Shown: piece by piece, positions 1 through 10,869 of the stretch
Layout of the letters: each line of letters begins with the position of its first letter
Numbering within the stretch: the first letter of the stretch is position 1
DNA from: Eimeria praecox
Taxonomy: Eukaryota
Reading direction: 5' to 3'
Length of the DNA: 64,000 nucleotides
Assembly: GCA_963920595.1 (NCBI GenBank)
Contig: OY986946.1
Span: 6,138,001 to 6,202,000 of the forward strand
Translations under genes and position numbers: made by a program
Notes under the pieces: model-generated
The model's database searches: none
What the model was told of the DNA's origin: nothing
What the model saw: only the letters and a program-made list of their open reading frames with translations

Positions 1-484
1 ACTGCAACGTCGATTAGCCCGTTGCTATTGCTTGGTCCCTTCGCAAAGGCCAGAAAGAACGTCTTGTACGGTAGGTGCAGCAAAGAGAGGCGTTGAAATT
101 GAGCAGGATGTGCACCATCCAATGCAGCAATATTGGTGGAGGTAGAGGAGTCTGCCGGTGCCTGTTTTAAAGCATTGACATGCATTTGGTTTCCTAAGCA
201 ATGTGAAACTAGCTCCTGCCAGTTGCCAACTGCCGCTTGCCTGTGGATAAACTCTTCTGTCGAGCGCGTTAAGGAGGAGGCACTCATACTGCACACACGA
301 AACTACCTCGGGTTTGTATAGGCTAAGTTAAATTTCCATACGTCTGCACCGATGGTTGTGACTGGCGTACACTGAGAGATGTCCAACGCAAGATCAGCAA
401 GATCAAAAACTTAGTAACACAGGGACCTGTTTGTTCAAAGCCTGCCCCTTGGGCACGTTATGCCGTTTTGGCAATTTGAGTGAG

Positions 485-1483
485 TTACCAGGCGTGAGCG
501 GGGTAGTCATGCTCATAGTGTGCATGTGGGTAGTGAGGGTATTCGTGGTGGTGGTGAGGAGGAACGGAGGGTGCGCAGGTAGTGGTTGTGGTGGGAGGGG
601 GAACAGGGACGGGGATGAAGACGGGAGGAGGAGGAGGGGGACGGTGGTGGTTGTGGTGGTGATGGTGGTGGTGGTGGCTAGGAGGTTTGGGATGGGTCAC
701 TGGTGCGCAGGTAGTGGTTGTGGTGGGAGGGGGAACAGGGACGGGGATGAAGACGGGAGGAGGAGGGGGGCGGTGGTGGTGGTGGTTGTGGTGGTGGTGA
801 TGGTGGCTAGGAGGCTTGGGATGGGTCACTGGTGCGCAGGTAGTGGTTGTGGTGGGAGGGGGAACAGGGATGGGGATGAAGACGGGAGGAGGAGGAGGGG
901 GGCGGTGGTGGTGGTGGTTGTGGTGGTGATGGTGGTGGCTAGGAGGCTTGGGATGGGTCACTGGTGCGCAGGTAGTAGTTGTGGTGGGAGGGGGAACAGG
1001 GACGGGGATGAAGACGGGAGGAGGAGGAGGAGGACGGTGGTGGTGGTGGTTGTGGTGGTGATGGTGGTGGCTAGGAGGCTTGGGATGGGTCACTGGTGCG
1101 CAGGTAGTGGTTGTGGTGGGAGGGGGAACAGGGATAGGGATGAAGACGGGAGGAGGAGGAGGATGGTGATGATGATGATGTGGATGGTGGTGATGGGGAT
1201 GGTCGTGATGATGTTGGTGATGATGGTCATGGGGATAAGGGTAGTGGAAGTGAGGTCCCGCAGCCTGAGAAGATTGAACGAACTGGTTGAACAGCTTGTC
1301 CAGGAAGTACACACGGGGAGAGGTTTCTTCGGCCTCCTCAGCGGTCACAGGGGATTCTTCGTTCTCAACGGGTGCCTCTGGCTCCATGGCAGGAGCAGGC
1401 AATTCAGCGACAGTGACATCCTCAGCCAGTGCATAGGGGAGGACAGCGGCAAGCGCAGTAGCGAGAGTAACGAAGGCCTTCAT
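485..1483 (-). CDS. Secreted His/Pro/Thr-rich repeat protein, probable oocyst-wall/gametocyte protein (GAM22-like composition)
   Basis: Intronless ORF with ATG at 1483 in GAAAATG context. Signal peptide MKAFVTLATALAAVLPYALA, acidic pro-region, five copies of VFIP(I/V)PVPPPTTTTTCAP separated by His tracts, and a Tyr/His-rich tail (HEYPHYPHAHYEHDYPAHAW). Function is inferred from composition only. Confidence 0.8.
   Translation of the reverse strand: MKAFVTLATALAAVLPYALAEDVTVAELPAPAMEPEAPVENEESPVTAEEAEETSPRVYFLDKLFNQFVQSSQAAGPHFHYPYPHDHHHQHHHDHPHHHHPHHHHHHPPPPPVFIPIPVPPPTTTTTCAPVTHPKPPSHHHHHHNHHHHRPPPPPPVFIPVPVPPPTTTTTCAPVTHPKPPSHHHHHHNHHHHRPPPPPPVFIPIPVPPPTTTTTCAPVTHPKPPSHHHHHHNHHHHRPPPPPVFIPVPVPPPTTTTTCAPVTHPKPPSHHHHHHHHNHHRPPPPPPVFIPVPVPPPTTTTTCAPSVPPHHHHEYPHYPHAHYEHDYPAHAW
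568..1165. repeat. Coding tandem repeat, ~126-132 bp unit, about 4.5 copies
   Basis: Repeated block ggtgcgcaggtagtggttgtggtgggagggggaacaggga(c/t)ggggatgaagacgggaggagg; units differ mainly in the lengths of the His and Pro runs. Confidence 0.95.
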
Positions 1484-2115
1484 TTTCGAGCTCTGAGGAC
1501 CGGAATACCTGTCTTTACCTGTCTGATCCCAAACCACTGAGGGGAAGAGAACAAATTAATCTGTTGACCATCGTCACAGCCACACAAACGGGTAGCGTTG
1601 ATCAACGGTCTTGTTGCCGTGAGGGAGGCGGTACGCAGGCAACGAGACGGCGACTTCCCTACAACGCCAGTGTACGCTGCGAAGATAGGAGGAACCCACA
1701 CATCCCGCAAAGTCATGTAGCCTTCCGCTTTGTCTATGGTGTGTATGCATTAAATGCCCTGGTGCCATCACAAGATACAAACCTCACCGACTGCAATGCT
1801 GGAAGTATGCAGCGTGGCTTGCTACGGGGGCAGCCTTCTGCGGTGTGGCCGCTGCACATTTGGTAAGGCATGTATATCTCAGTTGCATGCTACTACACCG
1901 CGAAGAGTATAAAGGAGTTTCGCTATAGTTCCTTGGTGTGGAATGTGAACATGCTCCAACACGATCAAGGAAAGGGATGTGCGACAACAACTCTGCAGTT
2001 TTGCTTTGACAGAGGGAAAGTGGAAAGACAGCTAGCGAATTCTTGTGGGCTGCATCCTCTACAATTCGAGGCACACGCAAAGCCTCTCAGCCACTGTGTA
2101 TCGACAAAAAAACGC

Positions 2116-3636
2116 TGCATGCATGCGCATGATCCAACTGCAATGTACACTATATACGATGAAAGAATGTGCCAGGCCCTCGGGTTCTCACTTGATTCCG
2201 CATAACTGCTCCTTCCCAAATGCTCCGAATACAGTATGACGTTGTGACGTCACATCGTAGCTATTTCAGTATAGTCTGCGCAGGGCTGCCCCAGGCCTGC
2301 CACACCTCTTTCTCGGCACTAATGCCCTACGGCTGGCGCTAGCAACACGTTATCGCGGTCCACACCTGCGTTGTTCCCTGCGAGAACCGAGGTGAATGCT
2401 TCAATCATCATGCAGTTCCCCATGGATTTACCATGGCTTCGCCCTTGCGACTACACAATGACTTCCACCTGTCCAGTAAGGGTCAAAGCTGAAACCTAGG
2501 TTTCCTCAAGAAGCCCCCAAACATATGAATTGCCCTATGGCCTAAACAGACAGGCCCCCTGGGCGGCCACAGTCCCGACCACTCGCCGTAGTGCGGGTCC
2601 TGCACAGTACAAACGTGTTTATGCACATATTGCACTTCAATCATCCACGACGCACCACGATGCATGCAAATTATGAGAAAGGGTAAGGGATGCGGTCGGG
2701 GTAAGGTGGAGGCCGCCCAGCTGTGCACACAACGCTGAGCACAGGGTAGTATGATGTACTAACCGTGACTGAGAAAGCTCGACAGCGCAGCACATTGAAG
2801 CTAAACACTTCCAGGCACACTGATGCAATGCCATGGCAGCACATTCACGCCTCCCAATTCAACACTTCCAATAACGGCTCGCAGCCGCGACGCAACACTG
2901 GACAGGGGAGAAACGAAAAACACACGCTGACTGAGCCCAGCGTTGGCACCGAGCTACAGATTGTTGGTTCCAGAAGGATGAAGTCCTCAAACAGATGCAC
3001 ATTAACCCCCGTTTGGCCACCAAATCCATGAATACCGCAGCCAATACGCAGCCGATGCTTTCATGCTCCCTTGCGGCTGCAACATGCCGTCTCCAAGAAC
3101 GTGAAAGCTAATGTATGGCTCGACCTACAGCACAGGGTGAGATGGCGATATTCGCAAGTGACCCACCGGGCAAGGCATCCACCGATTCACTACGCAAATA
3201 ACTGCGAGGGCTGCAAGGGTGCATGTGAGCTTGCCTAGCAATACAAGTGCCTACTCAAACATGGGTAAAATTCGGGAAACGCGTTGCAAGGCACAGCCCA
3301 AACGTTGTGCAATTGAAGTTGGTATAACAAGGTTTCAGAAGTCATCGGGTCGCTATGCATGCATCTGCCTAGGCACTGATTTATGGAGACACTATCATCA
3401 TGGCGAGCAGCTTCCATTTAGCTCACCCTTGGCTGCGCCTTCACTGCTCCCTGGAATGTGCCATGCTTTGCATGCTTTGCAGAATGGTGACACCCAAAAG
3501 CCTTGGGAGTATTCTTGGAAAATGAAATCCATACGCCAGCTGGTTGTAGTCTGACCTATGCGTCTCCCTTCGGAAGCTGAAAGCCAACTGTATCCACTTG
3601 TCACGGAGCCCTGTCCTTGCATGCAGTTTGCATGCA
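2116..3636. promoter_or_regulatory. Cluster of TGCATGCA octamers upstream of the His-rich gene
   Basis: TGCATGCA at 2116, 2661, 3356, 3618 and 3629. It is a known ApiAP2-bound palindrome but also generally abundant in coccidian non-coding DNA. Confidence 0.4.
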
Positions 3637-6600
3637 GTTGCCTTTGCAAGCTAAGAATCCCACTGTGAATTGCTATTCCTTGTGAAAACTGGGGAAGACA
3701 GCACTGACACAGCGCATCCATGCATACAATCTCCCACACCCACCCCCCCTGCAAGTCCCAATTATCGGGCAAACCGGTGGCCACTGTTCAGTAACATAAG
3801 AACCAGACTACCCGATGCATGTTACTTGCCCAGGAAGCCAAAGTTCCACAAGTTACAAAGCAGGCAGCGGAGTTTACAGGAGATAACAGTAGGTAAGAGC
3901 AGGAGAACGTAATTCCCTCCATCTGAGGGAGAAAACTGCATGGCGTTTTGCTGAGTGAATGCTAGTGATGAAGCTAATTCAAATATAAAGAAACTGCTCA
4001 ATACGCTTTCAGCGTGCAACCCAATGCACTGAGACCTATATCAGGACATGACGGTCGACTTATAAATGCCCTCAATTTTCCTACTTTAAGAAGCTCCCAA
4101 TCGGCCATTAAACGCTCCAAGAGGCCATTCGCTAGCGCACGCTGTAAGGAACGGGTAATGAGAAAAATCCTTCGAGGACAGGGACTGCTACCTGCGCAGG
4201 TAGGCTGACTGTTGGTACCACCCATGACGGAGTCGACGATGGTACGCCTTCCTCTATGGGCGTATAAGTAACAGCAACACATACGCGGCACAAAGCCGAT
4301 GGCACGCAGTTTTAATAAGTTGTGAAGGCCAATGCTATCGAAGTTATCGAGCTATGGGTAAAACGCTGAAGGCCGGCGAACTTGCTCCAGGTCAGAGAAC
4401 TGGGGAATCTGCAGCACCAACGAGTGAAGTACAGTAGGAAAAAAAGAAGTGTGGCAATACTCCACGATTATCAAAATGTCTCGTCGCCCGTAGTCTCTAT
4501 CGCTTGCGTTGGCGGGCTGGGAGAAAACGAGACGGCGGCAACACGCCGGTGTGCTCCCTGCACGGCGAAACCGCGCGCCAGGTATGGGATTTAAACCTTG
4601 CCTATTTCCTGTTAATATTAAATATGAATTTAAATGAAAATTAACTAGGAACCGAATAGGGAAAGAGGCCGCATTTATGCACTTGCGATCGGAGAGCTTG
4701 ACGCCACCATCTAGTTTTTGCATCGCGCAGCTAGTAACTTATTTCGCGTCACCGGTAATCCAGTCTGATGTGGGAAGATCAACTTCTAAGCTTTAGACAT
4801 TGATGGCGCCCATTTTGCCTTCCCATATATGCTTGCAATTTCCTTTTTCAACTGTTTCTGCGACGCTGGTACACAAAACCTGCTTAAACCCCACGACCTG
4901 TGTGATCAGGTTGGAACCGTGGCGGGCACAGCGCTTGAAGGACAAAAATCTATTATCAAAACAAAAATAAGCATTAGAATTTCCACTGCAAGTATCTGGG
5001 ATAGGCAATTAAGGATAGCTGATGCGACGAAGGGAAGTAGCAGCAGCGTTTACTTGCACTTAAAAGGGAAGTTTAACAATTTCGGATAGAGTTTGTTTCG
5101 GTAGCAGAGATATACAGCAGATGAGTTGGTTTTTTGTGAAAGGCTTTTTATGGCCCAGGAAGTCTCATTAGTTAGCAAAGTTTCAACTAAGAGGATACCA
5201 TCCCAAATTGTTGAGCAAGGTAGAGGGGATAGTTACGTAGGCCGATGAGAACCAGAGGAATGCGCCAAGTAATTCTTTGACTCATTATTTGTAAGGTGAA
5301 AGCCACATTACTTTCTACTTCCGGAATAAAGGCAGACCCCTTGACGCCTTCTTCGGCTTTTTTTGGCAGCATGTTGCAGGGGAAATGCCGTTTTGCTGTG
5401 GCTCAGACATTGAAGCATTTCGCTTGAACCGAAGAATCCTGGTGGTGATGTCGCAAGTGCACAGGTTTTGCTTCAAATGATTACGTGCATACGATGTTGG
5501 CATAAGATTCATCTGGTCAGGTGCCATCCCTGGCAGGTGGCACGGCTATTCCTTGAATATATGCAGTAACAGGATGCTATCCTCGCATGAGTGCGCACTT
5601 TGACAAGTGCACCGGAGGAGGGGTTTCCGCAAAAGTATACCAAAACACTGCGGAACTGCCTAAACAACCAACTTCCCTCCATTATCAACACTTGGGTGGG
5701 GACCTGGTTTTTTGCAGAGTACAGTGCTGTTTCCTGCCTTGCTCAAAACGTCGGCAGGCCCTCGTGGACAGCGGAAAACAGCACACGTTGGTTTCTGAAG
5801 CAGGTAAAGAATCACCATAGCATGAGGCGTGTGAACAAAAGACCAGTCAAACTCCGTTTTAGGAGTAAGTTGGTCACGACATTCGAGTTTCGTCGTGTGC
5901 CATAAGCCGAATCATCTCTCTGTTTTATAGGGCTAAGCTCAACACGCAAGCAAGAGATGCACCAAGAAGATGGATTGTGAAGCACTGTAAGACATGGCAT
6001 CACCACCACATTTTGAAAAAATTAGCTACATATTTACAATTAGAACTTCTGTAGCAGCTCAGTCCCCTAGGTCCACAGATTGCAAGAACACTAAACGCAT
6101 GATATATTCTGTTGAGCTGCTCATGTGCATTTCCTTAAGCCTGCATGGCCATGGCAATCCATGCCATCGCATTTCACCGGTTTATACCAGCACCACGACT
6201 AGCATTTGCGTAATTTCTGGTCCCTGCATTTTTTTATAAAATTGAAGTCAGGTTGACTACAGCCCATAGCTTTGGAGGATGCACTCGGGTACCTTGTGTA
6301 GTGAGCCCGAAACATTTCTAGAGCCATCTGGCTCCCCAAATGACAAGCTATCTTCAACTATCCGCACACCGCTAACTTCCCCACGACTATTGCTGCTTTG
6401 TGCGTAACAAAAATCGGGAAAATGCCGCGGCAAAGGCTACAGAGCAGGTGCATGATCTCAGGAAGGCAACTGAGTGGGACATCTGGGAAAAACGTTCGTC
6501 GCCAGTATGAAACGCTACAGGCCACTACAGCTATTCACAGGCTATCAGGCAACAGAAGAAGCTCATTGCAGTTGCAGTCATCCTCTTGAAAACTACCTCT

Positions 6601-7154
6601 GCGACAAGTTCTTCCTGACGCTACAGTTCACACCTTTGGGATTACTTTTAACTAGGGACTAGATGGAATGCAGCATTGCACAAGGGATTTCGACCACAAA
6701 GTAGCAGGTGCTCCTTCCCAGCATAACGTCCCATAAGCTGCCCGTATTTCGTTTGATTTGAGCCAGCAGTGGATTCTTAGACCCTAGTTAATTACAAGCT
6801 CTAGGTTTAGTGCCTCTCCTTGAGGTCTAAGCACACAGTTTTCAGCTTTTGCAAAGGAATTCTTGAATATGCAGGCTGTCAGAACTGGGTTTAGTGCGCT
6901 TCCTTTCGAAAGCGACGCCTGCAATACCCTTCAATCCCTGCGGGCTTGCTTTCAGTAACGCTCTCACCATGGCACATGGGGTTGGCTTTAGGGGAAAATT
7001 GATAGTCGGCAAATGTAAACCTGTTGCGTGGATTGAGCAAACCCAACGCAGGCGGGACTACCTTTCTCAGGTTCGAACATCCCGCAGGAAAAAAACCTGT
7101 GATAATTTTGTCCGCGCTATTCCATGGCGGCTTTTGCCCCATGTGTATCACCGT

Positions 7155-8177
7155 TTAAAGAACTGGAGCTAAGAAGTAAGAGTCCGAAACAAGCACTGGA
7201 GCAGTGGAAGGCTTGCACGTCGTTGTGCTGGTGTGGGGGAAAGTGGGAAAGAAGCCGTGAACGTAGTGGTGATGGTGGTGATAGTGGTGATGATCACCCA
7301 TTGGTGGTGGGCATGGGAAGGGGAAGTGAGGCGGTCTTTCAGGCTTTTCAGGCTTTTCGGGCTTTTCAGGCTTTTCAGGCTTTTCAGGCTTTTCAGGCTT
7401 TTCAGGCTTTTCAGGCTTTTCAGGCTTTTCAGGCTTTTCAGGCTTTTCAGGCTTTTCAGGCTTTTCAGGCTTTTCAGGCTTTTCAGGCTTTTCAGGCTTT
7501 TCAGGCTTTTCAGGCTTTTCAGGCTTTTCAGGCTTTTCAGGCTTTTCAGGCTTTTCAGGCTTTTCAGGCTTCTCGGGCTTTTCAGGCTTCTCGGGCTTTT
7601 CAGGCTTTTCAGGCTTTTCAGGCTTCTCGGGCTTTTCAGGCTTCTCGGGCTTTTCAGGCTTCTCGGGCTTTTCAGGCTTCTCGGGCTTTTCAGGCTTCTC
7701 GGGCTTTTCAGGCTTCTCGGGCTTTTCAGGCTTCTCGGGCTTTTCAGGCTTCTCGGGCTTTTCAGGCTTCTCGGGCTTTTCAGGCTTTCCGGGCTTTTCA
7801 GGCTTTCCGGGCTTTTCAGGCTTTCCGGGCTTTTCAGGTTCTTCAGGTTCCTCAGGGTCTTCAGGTTCTTCCGGTTTGCCAGGCTTTTCTGGCTTCTCAG
7901 GCTTTTCTGGCTTTTCAGGCTTTCCAGGTGTGGGCGTTGTTGGTACTGTGAAGTTAAAAGGAATGCGCTCACCCTCGACATTGATAGCCAAACGCCCACT
8001 GAGCAGCTGCAGAATTACGTTGGGGTCGACATCGCCAAGATAACCAAGCTGTGGATAAGCATTAGAAAGTTCCCCCGCCCTGTCACCGTAGACATTTTGA
8101 ACGTTCCATGTCTCTGAAGCCTGAGACAGAGTGATGCTGGCTGCAAGCAGCACACCGAAGCGAGCAAGCGCCGCCAT
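7155..8177 (-). CDS. Secreted (Lys-Pro-Glu)n repeat protein with His-rich C-terminus, possible oocyst-wall protein
   Basis: ATG at 8177. Signal peptide MAALARFGVLLAASITLSQA, ~60 aa unique region, roughly 65 x-Pro-x tripeptides (mostly KPE, some KPG/EPE), then PPHFPFPCPPPMGDHHHYHHHHHYVHGFFPTFPHTSTTTCKPS. Confidence 0.8.
   Translation of the reverse strand: MAALARFGVLLAASITLSQASETWNVQNVYGDRAGELSNAYPQLGYLGDVDPNVILQLLSGRLAINVEGERIPFNFTVPTTPTPGKPEKPEKPEKPEKPGKPEEPEDPEEPEEPEKPGKPEKPGKPEKPGKPEKPEKPEKPEKPEKPEKPEKPEKPEKPEKPEKPEKPEKPEKPEKPEKPEKPEKPEKPEKPEKPEKPEKPEKPEKPEKPEKPEKPEKPEKPEKPEKPEKPEKPEKPEKPEKPEKPEKPEKPEKPEKPEKPEKPEKPEKPEKPEKPEKPERPPHFPFPCPPPMGDHHHYHHHHHYVHGFFPTFPHTSTTTCKPSTAPVLVSDSYFLAPVL
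7338..7926. repeat. 9-bp/18-bp coding minisatellite (aggcttttc)n
   Basis: Near-pure 9-mer array ~7340-7565, then 18-mer units (ggcttttcaggcttctcg) to ~7780, then KPG-encoding 18-mers and degenerate copies. Confidence 0.97.
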
Positions 8178-8441
8178 TGTACCTGGACTAAAGTTACCTG
8201 TGTCTTGCCTTAATGGCATGAAATGTGAGACACACCAAAAGGGCTGCTCGTTTGCAACCACAGCAATTTACCTCTCAAACGGAGGAGATGTTACGCTAGG
8301 CTAGTGCGACCGTCGCACAATGGCGTTGGCGTAGCGACAGTTCCCCTTGCCTATCTATCGCTTCACGTGACCAGCGTCTCCCGGCTGCCTAAAATAGAAG
8401 TCTGAATACCTAAATTTCAAGAGTGTTAGGGAAGTGGCCTG

Positions 8442-8508
8442 CTAATACCGTAAAATGTACAAAACCGTTTAGTGGAATTGGACCTCTAATGCCGCAAAAT
8501 GTACAAAA
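8442..8508. promoter_or_regulatory. 23-bp direct repeat containing TGTACA, upstream of the KPE gene
   Basis: ctaataccgtaaaatgtacaaaa (8442-8464) and ctaatgccgcaaaatgtacaaaa (8486-8508), 2 mismatches, ~270-330 bp upstream of the ATG. The repeat is seen directly; a regulatory role is inferred. Confidence 0.45.
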
Positions 8509-10869
8509 GCTTGTGATAGCACACTGCAATACATGAAGGGCCTGGGATGCGACATTGGTTACGCCAGAACGCAAACGCCGAATTCGTTGAGGGAAGCTTG
8601 CCCCTTAAGGGGTATCTTTAAGCATCGAATAGCTCCAAAAATGGAGGAATGGGCCACATATTTCCATTATATGCGAAAAGCGAACTTTCAAAAAGGTGAC
8701 CTCTGCTGGAACGGGCTCCTGTAGCATTCGAATGCAAGCCACGCTGAGGCGGTTCGACCTGTGCGTACACTCTCTTCCTGCTTCAAACAAACTTTTCACA
8801 ACGTAGCATCGTAAAATTTTAACCTAAATGAGGAGGGAAAAAATAACGATCCGGGTTGGTAACTATCCCAGCACGGCCATGTTGCCAATAGACCCTTGCC
8901 CCACACAGAAGTTACCTTTTCTGGCAACTGCCGCCAGCAAAACGTGCTTGCTTGATCACAGCTTGCCAATATTCTTGAGTCATAATTCTTTGGCAGGATA
9001 GGAAGGCTGCAGATTGTGTTGCGTGAGCCGTTCGCTGACAAGAGGACGCCACCGTTCAGAGGCAGAGGCGATACTGGGTTGAGGTTTCGACGCCGCATGG
9101 GAGGCCTTTGCAGCGGGTAGTGGGAATAGGATTCGGGAAAATGCGAGGGCCGCTTCCACCTTATACATGCACCTGTTGCTCTGTCAATGGCACCTGTTGA
9201 TCTATCAATTGCTACAAAAACGGAAGATGACACAGGCAAGCATTATGGACGGGGGATTGTTGCACGTATTTCAATAAGCAGCAAACATGAAGCACCGTAG
9301 GCCCAGAAAGGAATGCTGTGGTGCTATCTGATAATCTATGAAGCCTTTTGTGAGCCGCGACTTCCCGCAAAACACAAGGGTTGGTTACAGTTGTACTGCG
9401 TGCAGATGCTTATATTCGAGCATCTATCTATCAATTTCCGGGAAATGATGCTCGAACGCACTTGTAAAAATGCCATGAATACTAATAATGACCCAAGGTG
9501 GGCTCTGGTAAAAGTATGGTGTTCGTGTAAGTCCGAAAACTAATTTGCCTGCAGTAGTAAGCACTGTTGGGGAGGTGCCATAGGGGGCAGGCAGAGGAAG
9601 AAACAATGTATGCTGCCGAATGTTCAAAACAATCAAACCAGAATGGAAGTCCGTGTATTGCCCTCCACTAAGCTGCATATTTAAGGAAACCAACGTGCTA
9701 GTTTGGCTCGGGGAAGTTGTCGAGCGGGCCATGCTCCGTAGTTGCCCCCTAGCGTGCAAACACTAGTGCTGAAGATAGCTGTGCCCTAGGCGTACGGCCT
9801 TTCTTGATCATTTAAAATGAAGGCAGGCGTGCCGTCATCAAAAGCCATGGTTTAAAAGGCACTTAGAGAAACAATTGCCCCCCGCGTAATGTTTTTCCAA
9901 TACACTGCACAGCTGTGCCCCTAAACGGATGATGATAATTTTTTGCAAACTGCTCTAAGAGCACCCCAAAACTGCTTTATAGATATTAATACTCTCCTCA
10001 TTAAGTGCAAAATGAGTCTTACATGGAGCATATGATTGTTGGCGTTGTGGGTGCTGGATTAGAGGTTTTGTCCTCCTTGCACACATTGCCAGGTCATCTC
10101 GGCTGAGGAGTGCAAAAAGGGCTATCCAGACACATTGAATCACCTCATAGGTTTTCCTGCTACAAAGAAACAGACGTTCCGTGTACCGTCGTGATTCGGC
10201 GCAGCACCTTCATTGTGGTCAAGAACAATATCAGAAACTTCTCGTAAAGCACAAAGAAGGTGCCCCAAACTCTGCACGTTGCATATGCCTACGATTCAAG
10301 TTTCCTTGGTGGCCTGCAAAAATGAGCTTGGGCTAACACTACCCTAAGACACGTTTGTTTTACCTTTGCAAGCATTTTTCAAGCGGATTCTTCCTAAGTT
10401 GTTAAGCCCCCAAACTACTTTAACGGAGCCGTCGTTCTGCTACTAAACAGTTGAGGTGGGCGCATGGGGCAGGCCTATCTGTCTGTATCCACCTTGTAGC
10501 CTTCAACGATGATAAGAAGGAGATAAACGTGTCTAGTTCCTATAGCGCTCAAGCAAGGCTCCAGCCCGGGAGTATACTTTCTTCTTAGATATGCTGCACA
10601 CAAGCCTCGCGGCAGCAGTGACAGCAGCTCCTAATGCATAATTCATAATTAATACTGTAAAAGGGCCACCACTATTTAAAGCGGTGGAAGCGCTGTGCTG
10701 CGGCGGGTACAGTTGGGCCCTGAGGGCCTCCCTCCGCAAAGCCAAGAGTGTCGTCACCTGCTTGGGGGTGCGAGCTGACCATTGGAGCGGCGGGCAAAGA
10801 ACGCATAAGAACAGTTAAAAATCCATCAGTTTTGAGTAGTACTGTTTAAGTTTAGGTAAACACTACCAG

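Noticed and set aside
568..1165. Regularly spaced repeats as a possible CRISPR array
   Set aside because: The intervening sequences are themselves repeated, the array is in-frame coding, the context is eukaryotic and there are no cas genes.
431..1540. 369-aa + strand ORF rich in Val/Gly/Arg
   Set aside because: Antisense shadow of the His/Pro repeat gene; the - strand frame has the signal peptide and a good start context.
3560..6900. Possible spliced gene(s) between the two secreted-protein genes (e.g. RALANGLLERLMADWELLK on the - strand)
   Set aside because: No phase-consistent model or recognisable motif could be built; left unresolved.
7124..8117. Overlapping ORFs with (QAF)n, (FRL)n and (SLK)n repeats
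   Set aside because: Alternative frames of the 9-bp minisatellite that lack stops by construction.
9169..9212. Two-copy 21-bp tandem repeat (gcacctgttg.tct.tcaat)
   Set aside because: Short local duplication with no supporting context.
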